Source of the DNA: Adineta vaga
Taxonomy: Eukaryota; Animalia; Rotifera
Assembly (NCBI GenBank): GCA_021613535.1
Contig: CP075494.1
Coordinates: forward strand, 12,524,001 to 12,588,000
Direction of reading: 5' to 3'
Length of the DNA: 64,000 nucleotides
A program made the position numbers and the translations under genes. Numbering within the stretch: the stretch's first letter is position 1; every line of letters starts with the position of its first letter. Positions 1 to 12,045 of the stretch are shown piece by piece. The notes beneath the pieces are model-generated. The model ran no database searches and had not been told where the DNA came from. It worked only from the letters and a program-made list of their open reading frames with translations.

Positions 1-951
1 GCTCACTCTAATGATTCAAATTCATAGACATCTTGTCTGATTGATTGACCCGTATAATAATAACATCCCCGTTGTATTCATTTCTTACAACTCGGTTGCA
101 AACTATCTCGGTGTTTTGTTTTCTTTTTTTTCTTGTTTATGCCTTTAAAATCATATTTTGTTTCTGTTTTTTGTTTCCTTCTTTCTTTTGCTTGTTTGTG
201 ATCATGTTTAAAGCGTGTTTTGTACGTCAGAACAAACAGATGGTAAGTCGTTTCGATCAAAAAAACCAAAAGTTAAAAAAAAACTCGAAGAAAGTTGTAT
301 CGACGTTTACTGCAAGGTATTAACTTTCATTTTAAAGTAATGAAAGTTCAATTCGTTTTTTTTTCTTCTCTTTATACTATTCAATGACGTCAAAGAAAAA
401 GACTTTCGAACTGTTAATACATTTTTAGATGGAACCTTATTTTTGGTTTTGAATTGAATGATCTTTATGCAAATTGTTATATTGTTTACAAGAAGAACGA
501 TCGAATCTTAAAGAAAAATAAAAACAAAAAAAAAGTTCTAGACAATCAAATAATTTAATTCAAAAATTTCATTCTTTTGATACTCTACTGAAGAATAATT
601 ATTTTCCGGAATTTAAAATGACATAGAGATATTTCAAACAAACAGCTTTTTAAATATTTATAAAGGATAGTTTTTATAATTACTTTTTTATAAAAATAAT
701 CCTTTATTTCTAAAATAAACAGACCATATTAAGATCGATTTATATTTCTGTTCTTGATCTTGAAATAGAAGCATAAGGTCTAGATTAATAAGAAGCTTTA
801 CTAGATCTTTATTACTTCAATCGAATTCTAATCTTTTCTTCATAATCATCATTATCTGTAAACGATTTGTCAATAAACAATATGCACTTAACATAGAAAA
901 TCAATAATTTGTTTTTCTTTCATATGTATATTTGTTCTGTTTTTTGTTTTA

Positions 952-2602
952 TTAAAACTTTGCTTGATAGACGGAACTGTCACGTTTAGATACATTATCG
1001 CATGTTGTTCTTCGAAGATCTTCTTCATTATGTTCGATTGGTATTCTACGACTTCTTTTCCATAAAGGCCAAAAGAAAAGATATCTAAAAAGAAAAACAC
1101 ATCATAAACAATAAAAGAAGGAGCAATAACAATTATTCAACTTACCCACTGATTAACAACGGAAGAATTCCAATTACAGCTAGGATAAAAAAGATGATAC
1201 CTGGATAAACTTCAATAGTTCTTGCATAGATCGCATTAGCAACAATACCAACAACATATGAACCAAGTGTTTCAACAATTCCGGTAGCAATAAATACAAG
1301 TGCAAATTCTGTATCATTGACTAATTTTGTTAAATGTGATCGTAAAACAGCCATGACAACAAAAAATAAACATCCGATAAACACAGCTTTTCAATCGAAG
1401 AAAAAAAAGATTAGTTTTTATTTTTTGTCAAATTTTTCAAGAAATTTTTTACCCAGATAAAGAAACCAGACTGTTTGCGCAAGACCAAATAAAACTAAAT
1501 GAATTACGTACAATAGAATTCCAATAAATGGTAATATTAATGAATTAGTAAATCGATTTTGCCAAAGACTAAGAATAATTGATATGATGATCATTAGAGA
1601 AAATTGTGCACTGGTTAATATTGCTAAAGCTAATACATCAAAACATAATGGTTTTCCATAGAGATAGAGCGGATGAATACTTGCAAAACCAAATAAAACA
1701 ATGAAAAGAAGAATTTGTGCTAATGTTAATAAGATTATTGAACGTTGATTATTACCATGACGTTTAATTAAAAATACTTGATATGTACCACGTATTGGTG
1801 ATAGACGAATTTTTAATAATTGTTTAAAAACATGAAAAATACTTCGACTATTTTCACCACGTGATTCAGGTTGAAAAATTAATAGATAAATTAATGCTGC
1901 AACATTCAAACCTAAATTAACTGCCATTGGTAATGTATAACCATGATAACGTAACCAAAAACCAATACCTAATAATGGAAAAATACGTGTCAAAGCTACT
2001 GCTGCTTCTTCTAATAACATTGCACGTGATCGTTGTTGATCTGTTGTACAATCAGTGATATAAGCAATGGCACCCAATAGAAGAACACTATTCGAACCAA
2101 AGAACCCATCAATAACATTCGAGATAATAAACCAAATATCATCAAGATCTAATTCAACAAGTAATAAGAGAATGATGAATCGAATGATTCTTCCTATACA
2201 TGGAAGAATTAACAGAGGTTTTCGTCCAATACGATCACAATTAGCACCAAGTATAACATAAGTTAATACAGCTGGTAATGCACCAATACCAGCCATTAAT
2301 ATATTCAAATGACTAACTGATTTTTGTACTTGAATAGCTTTTTCAACAAGTGTCGTATCATTTTGTGAAGATTCAGCATTACAAGCTGTTTCACTTGCCG
2401 GAGAACTTGCATTGGTAATTCCGTATTGGATTTGATAACGTCGTATCATTAGATCATTCAAAACAATTGGATCAGTTGTAGCAGCTGTCATTGAAACAAT
2501 AACAACAGGAAGAACAATCCACCAGTAATATGATATTTGTCTTTGTTGTTCAGATGAATTGTTTTCAGATGTTTTTCTTGATGAAATATTTGCCAATTCC
2601 AT
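952..2602 (-). CDS. SLC46/PCFT-like major facilitator superfamily transporter, 3 exons (approx. 2602-1453, 1386-1146, 1084-952)
   Basis: Multiple TM helices, MFS motif A variant CDRIGRKPLLILP and AIAYITDCT motif. GT-AG introns join ORFs 1418-2602 and 1142-1384 in frame to a last exon ending ...SSVYQAKF*. Confidence 0.85.
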
Positions 2603-3750
2603 CGTCGTTTCGTTCTTCTTAATAATATTAATGCCATTTAATTTATATAGTCCGCTTTTATTTTCTCATAGTAAATCATGATTTTATTCATTATATTTTT
2701 TTTTCGTCATCGTACTCTTTCATAAAAATAATAGCGAGTAATCATGTTTTTCGTACGAATTATCGTCCTAAATCTATTCATAAGTTTTCTTTTTGTGTTT
2801 CATTCAATACATGAGAATAAATCATATGGAGATCGCTTGTTTTGCGTTGTCAAATCTATTGAATAAGTTTAATCACTTCTGTCTCTCTATCGACATTAAT
2901 ATCAAGGGTACTCTAATCAATCAAAAGTCCTTTGATATCAGGTACAACCTACCAATCAACGGATATGATTAATATATTTTCTCTCTCGAGTTGATTATAT
3001 TATTATCAATACATATTTATCAATTCGACTTTCTTTCTTCATCTTCTCTTCAGTAACGATATATTGTCAGTTTTTTTTTTCATCATCATCATCATCTCTA
3101 GTAATATTAAAGCAGAGGAGAAAAGAAAGAAAAGGAAAAGAAGAAAAAAAGGGCAAACGATTAGCAATCATTCTATCATTCATACGTGTATATGTGTAAT
3201 CCATTTTGGTGTTGGATCCATTAGTATTATATTGCTTCTTTTTCTTTCTCATATATATGAACAAACATTTTGCCAAAAGCTATCATCACGTCGATCTCGT
3301 CTAAATAACAACATTTTCTTCAAATGAATTATCTAATATCTTCTCGGATAATAACATTTTATCAATATATAAATAAATCGATCGTATGAAATGGATAACA
3401 ACGAAAGAGTGACATTAACAAGAGCAATACAAGAGAAAAACGGCTGTTGTCTATTCAAATGTATCTTAGAAAATTTGACTTATTATGAAAGTAAGAAGTT
3501 CAATTTCATGTTTTTCGATCATTATTGGCATTCAGTAGATTATTCAGTGTGTATTCCTTTGAGATCACAGAGTTAGAAGGATAATTAACATGGGAATGAT
3601 AGATACTTTTCATTAATTAGATAACATGCCTGAAACTGAAGCAGTCTTAATCGACTTATTTTCTATTAAAAATTCTATGGCACGATGATAAAAGCTCAAC
3701 TTGTCATCTGTTTCTATTAATTATATGAACTTAATCTTCGTCATATTTTC

Positions 3751-4863
3751 ATGATCAGCAAATTGACATTATTACGAATAATAGAAATAATATTTCTTTC
3801 TTTTTTAGCACCGAAAATTGTTCGTTTTGAAACAAAATGGATTGGTTGTTTATCTTTATCTGTCAAATTATTTCTTGCTATTGCTTGTTCATATTTAATG
3901 TTTCAACGAACATCCTATCAAATCTTTGATCGTTCACCAATATCAACTGTAACAGTTAAAGTAAAACAATCTGATTATTGTTCAAATCATACTTGTAGAA
4001 AAACATCGTTCGATGTTAATGATTTCATCATTCCTGCAACAGAAAATTCCGCTGTTACAATTACTACACGTATCGTAGAAATAGAACATGTATTAAAAAC
4101 TTGTTATAATCGAACATTAAAGAAAAATTCTAAACTATATCCTTCTATAAAACATCAATGTTATGAACGATCTCATTGTATTTTACCTCCATATCATCGT
4201 CAACGTAATTTATTTGATCGTAATCATTTATGTTGGTTTAAATTACCATCATCACATGTTCGATATAACTATGAAGCATTAAATTATATTATTTTTATCA
4301 AACATTTTGTTGAATTTACTCAATTAGGTTTAATTCGACATAATCTTTTGTCGAAAAAAATAACTCGTCAATATCTCGATACATGTGAATATGATCCAGA
4401 TAATCATCCTCTCTGTCCAAAATTTCGTTTATTAAAAATTTTACAAATGATTGAAAGAAATTCGAGTGAATATGATTCAATGTTTCATTATGGTTCATTG
4501 ATTGGAATACGAATTAGTTGGAAATGTAATCTCGATTTATCAATGAAATATTGTGAACCTATGTATGAATTTGAACGATTAGATGTTACACCTTATGATA
4601 CAAATCCATATGAGCCCGGTTCAAATTTTCTTATATCTCGACATTTTTTTCGACCGAATGATCGTGAATTACATCGTTTACATACAAAGATTTATAATAT
4701 ACACATCGTTGTATCTGTTACAGGTGAAGCGGGACAATTTGATTTATTTCAAACGACAACAAGTATTGGATCATTTCTTGGTATATTTGGAACTGGAGCA
4801 ATTGTCTGCGATTTATTCGCAGCGTTTCTTAAAAATTTTCAAAGAGTCAAACATGAAAATTAA
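3751..4863 (+). CDS. P2X purinoceptor-like trimeric ion channel subunit, intronless, divergent
   Basis: Two TM segments flank a Cys-rich ectodomain. P2X signatures: CEYDPDNHPLCPKFRL, GIRISWKCNLD...CEPMYEFERLD, GEAGQFD...SIGSFLGIFG...IVCD. Confidence 0.9.
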   Translation: MISKLTLLRIIEIIFLSFLAPKIVRFETKWIGCLSLSVKLFLAIACSYLMFQRTSYQIFDRSPISTVTVKVKQSDYCSNHTCRKTSFDVNDFIIPATENSAVTITTRIVEIEHVLKTCYNRTLKKNSKLYPSIKHQCYERSHCILPPYHRQRNLFDRNHLCWFKLPSSHVRYNYEALNYIIFIKHFVEFTQLGLIRHNLLSKKITRQYLDTCEYDPDNHPLCPKFRLLKILQMIERNSSEYDSMFHYGSLIGIRISWKCNLDLSMKYCEPMYEFERLDVTPYDTNPYEPGSNFLISRHFFRPNDRELHRLHTKIYNIHIVVSVTGEAGQFDLFQTTTSIGSFLGIFGTGAIVCDLFAAFLKNFQRVKHEN

Positions 4864-5091
4864 TCTCTTTGATTTTCTTTTTTCTTTCATTCGTATTTTC
4901 TTATCCAAATGGTTTATATATCATTCCAGGGTTCATATTCTATGTCTGTCGACGAAAGTGTGTGTGTATGTGTATACAACATTTGTTTTTCTCTTCGTTC
5001 ATCTTCTATGTATACACAGTTAAAATTCGATATTTCGTTTCAATGAAATTCTAAATAACTATATTGTACGCATCATCGTCCAGATATACAC

Positions 5092-6108
5092 ATGGGTTGT
5101 AGACATTCATCTTCACCTCCCAATTCTCCAACGAAAATCGTTAAGAATGCTGGTCCAATTGCTTTAAAGAAGAAGATACTTTTTTCTCATACACAAAAAC
5201 TTCATCATCAAAAATCGAATCATTTGAAAACATCTTCTCCAATAAAAACATTAGATCTCGAACAAATACTTGATGGCGATGGAAAAAATCTTATGAAAAG
5301 ATTTGAATTTACTTCAACTTGTCTACTTTATGATATCTCTTCAACACATATACTTTTATTTGATAATAATCAATTTCATTTAATTGATTTGAATACAATG
5401 AATATAAAAACATGTGCTCTTTCTATGGATATTCAAGAAATTGTTTGGTCAACACAATTAAATCGATTTCTTATTCTTACAACCGATCAATTATATCAAA
5501 CTGATATTGATCAAATACAATTAAAACCTATTCATCAAATTCAAGTGAGAAATTTTCTTGAATTTCAACAGATTAACTCTGTTATTTTTCTTTAGTTTAC
5601 TCATGAAGGTCCTCGTAAATCTTTTATGACAGTGAATGGAAATGATTTAATCATAAATCGTTCATTTGGATCAGATGTTTATCGTTATTCTCTAACAAAT
5701 TATGAATTTATTCAATCACTTTATGTATATAAAGGCTCTAGAAATATCTGTATAACTACAATTCAATTAAATTCAAATAAAATCTTAGCACTTGCAATAT
5801 CAATTCAAGCTAAACAAATGATTGATTTAGTTCAATTATCAACAGAACAAATTCTTCATCGTATTCAATTGGATTCAAATGAAAATTTATCCTATCCAAT
5901 TGATCTACATGTCAATGGATATTGGTTTGCTAAAACATCGATACCAAATGTAAATATTGGCCATTGTTTAATCACATCCGATGGACAAATTCTTCGTTTA
6001 AAACTTTTCTCTCATCAAGATAATTTTATTCGTTCATTACGAATAAATGATGAGAAAAAATGGTTATTAGTTGGTAGACAATATGCATTAGAACTTTATT
6101 CCTTATAG
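5092..6108 (+). CDS. Hypothetical protein with N-terminal MGC lipidation motif and beta-rich (propeller-like) C-terminal region, 2 exons (5092-5544, 5596-6108)
   Basis: GTGAGA...TTTAG intron 5545-5595 joins ORFs 5092 and 5626 in frame (QIQ|FTHEGPRKSFM). Confidence 0.7.
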
Positions 6109-6374
6109 TAACATTTTGTTTTTGAGATTTGCCTTTTTTTTTTGTTAGTTTATTTATATAGATTATATCTGTTTGGATTTATCAGTGGTTTTTTTTTCAT
6201 TTATTATGTGAAAAGAAAAAAAGAATTAGATGTTTTTTTTAATTTTATGACTTATTTGAAAAGGAAAAAAACTTCTTGTCGTAAACGTGAATAAATATGG
6301 GTAAAACATCAGAAGGTATAGGAATTTATCAGAATAAAATGGTGGGTTATTTTTTCGATAATGTTGGTTTTTTT

Positions 6375-6533
6375 GAGTTGTTGTAATTAACCGAAGCCCA
6401 ACGCCGAAGCCCGAAGCGATTCTAAGAAAATGATTGGTTGAGAGACATCCAGCGACATCCGTCGTAGCCAATTCAATCAATCATTTTTTTAGAATCGCTT
6501 CGACTTCGCCGCTTCGGCCAATTACAATAACCC
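6375..6533. mobile_element. MITE-like ~160 bp element with long imperfect terminal inverted repeats
   Basis: Left arm gagttgttgtaattaaccgaagc...cgaagcgattctaagaaaatgattggttga matches the reverse complement of right arm tcaatcaatcattttttttagaatcgcttcg...gcttcggccaattacaataaccc. GC-rich relative to flanks; no clear TSD. Confidence 0.7.
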
Positions 6534-6573
6534 GGTTCTTTCCATAACTGTGTCATCTTGTCTATCAACCAAC

Positions 6574-6903
6574 ATGCATCCGATTCGTACTGTAAAAGAA
6601 AAAATTGGTTCGGCTTTTGAAGAAATAGCTGTTACAACACCACAAATAGTCAAAGATGCTGTCGTTGCTGCAAGTGATAAAGTGAAAGATTTTAATGAAA
6701 AAGTTCTCGAACCTGAAGAACAACGATTTGCTGAAGAACATGATTATACTCATGGTGGTACGCGAGAAAAGATTGCAAAACATCTGATTGGTGTGAGCAA
6801 ATATGAAACGGGTGCAAAGTTTCTCAATGATCATGTTGTTGATCCAATGCGTCCGAAACATGATCAAGAGGATTCATCTTCATCACCATCGCAAAACGTT
6901 TAA
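6574..6903 (+). CDS. Small hydrophilic LEA-like protein (109 aa)
   Basis: Single ORF from ATG 6574. K/E/D/A-rich, no Cys or Trp, with amphipathic LEA3-like segments (VKEKIGSAFEE, VKDAVVAASDKVKD). Confidence 0.55.
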   Translation: MHPIRTVKEKIGSAFEEIAVTTPQIVKDAVVAASDKVKDFNEKVLEPEEQRFAEEHDYTHGGTREKIAKHLIGVSKYETGAKFLNDHVVDPMRPKHDQEDSSSSPSQNV

Positions 6904-7176
6904 GACAATTGAAATAGAAAAACGAGTCGTATCATCAATTTAAATTGTAAAATTTTTATGCAAAAAAATTTTTAAAGTAAAATATTAAATCACAACTTTA
7001 AAAACACACCGAAAAGAAAGAGCTCTGGAATAGATAACATATAGCGTTGTTTCAGGTATTTAAAATTTTATAAGAAATTAAAAACTCATATGTTCTTCGT
7101 TATCAGAATTTGACAGAAAAGTTGTCACGCTTACAAAGGCTCGACCGAATAATTTTTATCTGACTATGATCGACTT

Positions 7177-8283
7177 TTATTTACTCTCCTTCCCATCATC
7201 CGTTCTTCCTGACGCTTGTGCTTCTGTTGCTTTACGTCGTTGTTCCACTTCATTTTGAATCAATCGTTTTTGTATCGCTACAGGTAATGCAGGATTAAGA
7301 TTACTTACATAAGGTAAACACACTTTTGGTATCGAGTCAAAATCAACTACACATCGAATAAATATACAATTATCACGCAAGTATGGATTGTCAGCTTGGT
7401 CTAAAAATGACAAAGGAAAAAACTTCGGTAATCCCGAAGCGATGTTCATATCCGAGGTTGGTCGTTGGAAACTACTTGATTTAATATCGGGACGAAAAGA
7501 ATCAATGATATGACGTTGACTACCAGTTTGATCGTATAAATAGAAGGTAACTTTATAGTCAAACGGCCATGTTAATATGGGATCATAATCTCCTCGTAAT
7601 AGAACAAAGAATAAAGAAAGATGTGTTCTCCTTGCATTACCATCTCCATTTAGATATAATCTCATACACATTTTATAACCAGTTGGCGAGGAATAGAAAG
7701 CTGGAGAATAGATACTTGTTTGGCGATCTGATATAGCATTTGCTCGATTTTCAGTAAAATTCGTAATTTTCCACATATATGAACCATCATTAGATGATGA
7801 ACTCGATGATTCTGTCATTGTTTGTTTCATTGCTTCCATTTCAGTTTGCAAGATACGACTATTTGTTTGAGCAATTTGAAACATTTGCGAACTTTCTTCG
7901 ATTGATTGTTTTAATCGTATAATTTGTTTCTGTTGGTCCATAATATTACTTTGTAAGTGCACGATATTTGTATGAATTTGTGCACTATCATCATGTATAC
8001 ATGAGACACCTTCAGCGAGTGTATGAATTGTATCGAACATCTCGGAATATTCACAAATTGTTAGGTTTGATTCAGTTTCATTACAAAAAGATGGATTGTG
8101 TATGTTTCGAACATACATTTCTATTGCTTTCATTAGTATTTTTTGATGAATTTCACTTGAATAATGCTCAAGTAAACAATCACAAGTTAGCTCTGTCTTA
8201 CAACCATATTTAGCAAGAGGACATGGAATAAGATGATCTATCGTAGCACATCCACGTTTTCCAGAGATCTCATTATTATCATC
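7177..8283 (-). CDS. TNF receptor-associated factor (TRAF) protein: Zn-finger remnant, coiled coil, MATH domain; 5' exon(s) unresolved
   Basis: MATH signature DGSYMWKI...SIYSPAFYSSPTGYKMCMRLYLNGDGNARRTHLSLFFVLLRG...WPF...FQRP. Frame stays open upstream to an acceptor at 8284 (CPLAKYGC...EH). Confidence 0.9.
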   Translation of the reverse strand, partial: DDNNEISGKRGCATIDHLIPCPLAKYGCKTELTCDCLLEHYSSEIHQKILMKAIEMYVRNIHNPSFCNETESNLTICEYSEMFDTIHTLAEGVSCIHDDSAQIHTNIVHLQSNIMDQQKQIIRLKQSIEESSQMFQIAQTNSRILQTEMEAMKQTMTESSSSSSNDGSYMWKITNFTENRANAISDRQTSIYSPAFYSSPTGYKMCMRLYLNGDGNARRTHLSLFFVLLRGDYDPILTWPFDYKVTFYLYDQTGSQRHIIDSFRPDIKSSSFQRPTSDMNIASGLPKFFPLSFLDQADNPYLRDNCIFIRCVVDFDSIPKVCLPYVSNLNPALPVAIQKRLIQNEVEQRRKATEAQASGRTDDGKESK

Positions 8284-11200
8284 CTAAAAGCACAGATGAT
8301 GAACTACCGTGTATAAATAACAGAAGTATAATTTGTTTTTAGTAACTGTCATATGACTGTACCAATATGTCGACGTATATAAGACATGATAGACAAGTTC
8401 GAAATTTTTTCCAAAATAGATTATATAAAACCAGTTTTTATGAAAACTAACCTTTACTTGCCATATTTGATGATGAAATATATGTGAATATTTACCTATA
8501 TTTATTATTCGATTCCCTGATAGAAAAAGAAACGTAGAACCTGCTTGAATTTCACGTCAATAGCGAAGAAGAGAAGCGTATATTAGATCAAATATTGAAA
8601 TCGATTCAATTTTCGGATCATTATACATCTTCTTTTCTTTATTTTGAAAGTTATTCGTGACATTTGAATATAATCTTGTCATTTAATTTCAAACATCGAT
8701 ATATACTTGTTGTTTCAAAACATTCTACTAATGATTTCTACCGGCATCTATCTCATGTTGTCAATATGTTAGTCATGTTTTCGTATATTTAATGGTAGAG
8801 AATGTTATGTTAGTTAGTAAATAAATATACATACGTAATCAAGATCATCAGAATTTTGTCATTTATTGGAGTTTTGCTGTATCAAATTCAGCCTGCACAT
8901 TGTAGTATTTTCCGATCTAGAAGACATTGTCATAATCCTGACGTGTTTGTTGTATGTTGTATGTCATAGTATGAATTCGAAACACTCTTTTATACTTGGC
9001 ATTAGTCATTAAGTAATCTTTCGGAAAATTCCAAGCTAAGATAAGAAATAATTTCCTCGGAAGGTTAAATGTATATTTCCCCGGCAATGCCTTACAATAG
9101 TAAATATTGAGAAAAATCCAACAAAATATAAAGTATTTCAAACTACTATTTTCTTTCCAATCAAACAGGGTAAGCTGAATGACGATAATAATTGAGTATC
9201 GAATGATTTTTTTTTTATATTAAGGGAAGTATTGACGAATGTTATCATAATAATTACACGCATGATTAAAACAAAGAGGAAGCATGATGTCATGAAAAGG
9301 AAGAAATGTCATTCTCAATTTTAACTATCTTAATTTTGAAGTTGAATTGATACATGTTATATGTCAATAGAATCACTTTGATCAAATGAGATTAAAAGAA
9401 ATCAAAGCAAGTTCTGTCCACAAGTTTATTTAACTTTTCGGCTTACAATACATTATTTATCTTTGGCTTATAATTTCGATTACTACAGACAGAAAATGAA
9501 CATTGTCTGAGGAATGATCATTGGTTAACCTTTATTTTGACTGCCAGATGTATTGATAATGTTTACATATGATATAATCTAATCAAAACAAATTCGTGTC
9601 GTCTTCCGATTCAATATGTAAATATATTCTTTTCTCTATGCCTGAAGATGTATTCCATACATGCGTGTTAAAAAATCATGGCTATGGGACAGTTGTTCAA
9701 ATTCAAGTATATATCGTGATGATGACGCCTTCTTCTTCTCTCTCTCTTTCTATTATTATTATTATTATAACTCTAACACCTGCACTAGTGATAGATTAAC
9801 TTTGTTTGAAAATACAATATCATTGTAGTTTCTCTTCAGGAAATATCAAATGTATATGAAGATGGATGTCATTATTGAAATAGTATTTCCTTGTGTCTGT
9901 CTATTCAATAGAGAGGGAGAGAGAGAGAGAGAAAGAAAAAAGACAAAGGTCTGGGAAAAAAAAAATTCAAATTGATCGAATAAACATGCATTGATAATAG
10001 AGACGGATTGTGGCAACAGACATGAAGTCGATCACGTTATGCAAATATTATTTCAACGACGACTGTTACTAGTGAACAAGAGTGTTGATAGGTTGGATCA
10101 TTGATTAGATTAGCACTTCACATTGTTGAAGACAATATTCTTGATGACAAGTCTTGTGAGATTTACACTTAAAGATAATTGCCATTCTTTATTGAGAATG
10201 AGAAAAAAAATGAGTATATAATCTAGTATTGTGAATGACATCAATCAAGATTTCTTAGGTCACTTGGATAATTTGATTTTTATGTACTAGACAAATTAAA
10301 CTTCCTCATCATCTGTTCATTGATTCATGATTTTGTCCGAGAATGCATTGTGAACTCGTTTTTTTCTCTCTCTCTCTGCTTGTCTTTCTTTTTTTGCTAT
10401 TTAAATTGTCAATTAGAATGATGAGAGGAAGAAGAAGATTATTTTCTTTTCATACGGAAAAATAATGATCGAATCAGGTGAAGAGATTTACCGGCATGTC
10501 GCATGTTAAATTAGACCGTCGGTAACATGTATTCTTATTTTTTGAAAAAACGCTGTATTTTGCTTTCTCCTCCTATAATCTAGCATTGCTCAGATCAAAG
10601 TAATTATCATACCGACAATCAACAACTCGAATAACATTACTATTCGTTTTTAAGACACATGTTAAATTTGATTACTAAAGACAAACGCTAATCATTTAGC
10701 ATTTATTCCAACTTCCGATTTTTTCAATAACATTGATTTCTTCAAGCGAATTCAACGCACTCTCCATACCATATGTCTTTAAGCTAGGATCAAACATTTC
10801 TAAAGATAGCTAATTGTATGTATTGTACGCAAGACGGAAACGAGAGAGAGAGAGAGAGAACGAGAGAGAACGGAGGAAAAATCTCAACAATTTCACTTGT
10901 CTTGAAGACATGTACATGTTATTTTTTGGACAGATAGATAGCATGCACTTTTACTCGCACACCTGCTTGTTAATCTTTTTCTGTAAAATGAAAACAAAAG
11001 AGGAGGAGAAATAAGGTTCATTCTTTATCAAGGTAAGTTCTTTTTTATACACACCTCCTGTGACTAAGATGATGAAAAAAAAATCAAGAGAATATATATG
11101 CCGTTTTCTCTTTTTCGTATGTCAATATGCGACGTTTCTTTCTCCCTGTCTCTCTTTCTCTGTTATACATATAGACATAAACGCTAATCTCATGATGTGG

Positions 11201-12045
11201 ACATACACATAGTTCGTTCGTTTTTATCCATCGTATGATTTGATCAATAATTCATTATTCGAGCACTTAGATACACATTGTTTCGATGATCTCCACCGTA
11301 CATATGTATAAGCGATTTGATGATTATTCGAAAGATCGATCTCCTATTGAACATATGTCGCACTCTTCATCTGATTAAGACAGGTAGAAGAACATCAGTA
11401 ACATACTTCCGATGAAAATTGTTTTCATTGCTTATAATTATACACATCATGTCAGAAAAGTTAATAGTCAGTACATGACCGTGATTACTTTTTACCACGC
11501 TATCACTCATTTATCAAATGGCTTGATTTCCTTTTCTCGTTGATTGAAGCATTTCAATGAACAAAATAAACTTCATCTCTTATTATAAATGATATCCTTG
11601 ATTCCTTTTAAGACGTTAGCGTACAATATATATATTCACATATATAGGAGTTTACGCAATATATCAAATGAAGTTTTACTTCAATGACAAGAGAAGAAGT
11701 GAGATCAAGAAGAAAAATGTACGTGTAGCTTAAAAATACTGTCCGTTTCTTTTCTCTCTCGTTTTCTTTTCTCTTTTTCCTGTCTCTCTTCATTTTACAA
11801 TACCAACAATTACGCTTGGATACGCTCTTATCGAACGTGTGAAGGCGAAAAAGCTTGTCATTTTTTTTCTCTTCTTTTATATATCAAAACGACGGTAAAG
11901 ATCCCATATTTAATAGTAGTACGACTTCTATACATGCAATCACATGTACAAACTCTTGATTGTGCGCTTATCGATCAAATTCTTGAATTCATTTTTTCTT
12001 CTTCTTTTACATTCAGATTGCAAATTTTTCTTGAAATAGTTGATT

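Noticed and set aside
45-323. 92-aa Phe-rich ORF, and similar F/L/K/R-rich short ORFs at 3064, 10814, 23789, 33966, 43502, 52718 and 62977
   Set aside because: Products of T-rich UTR sequence and microsatellites, often with non-ATG starts and no domain signal.
8917-9141. ORF resembling a signal peptide (MKYFIFCWIFLN...)
   Set aside because: Starts at TTG, and no convincing ATG or exon chain could be built.
10488-10525. Small hairpin ttaccggc...gtcggtaa
   Set aside because: Too short and imperfect for a pre-miRNA; no known miRNA seed recognised.
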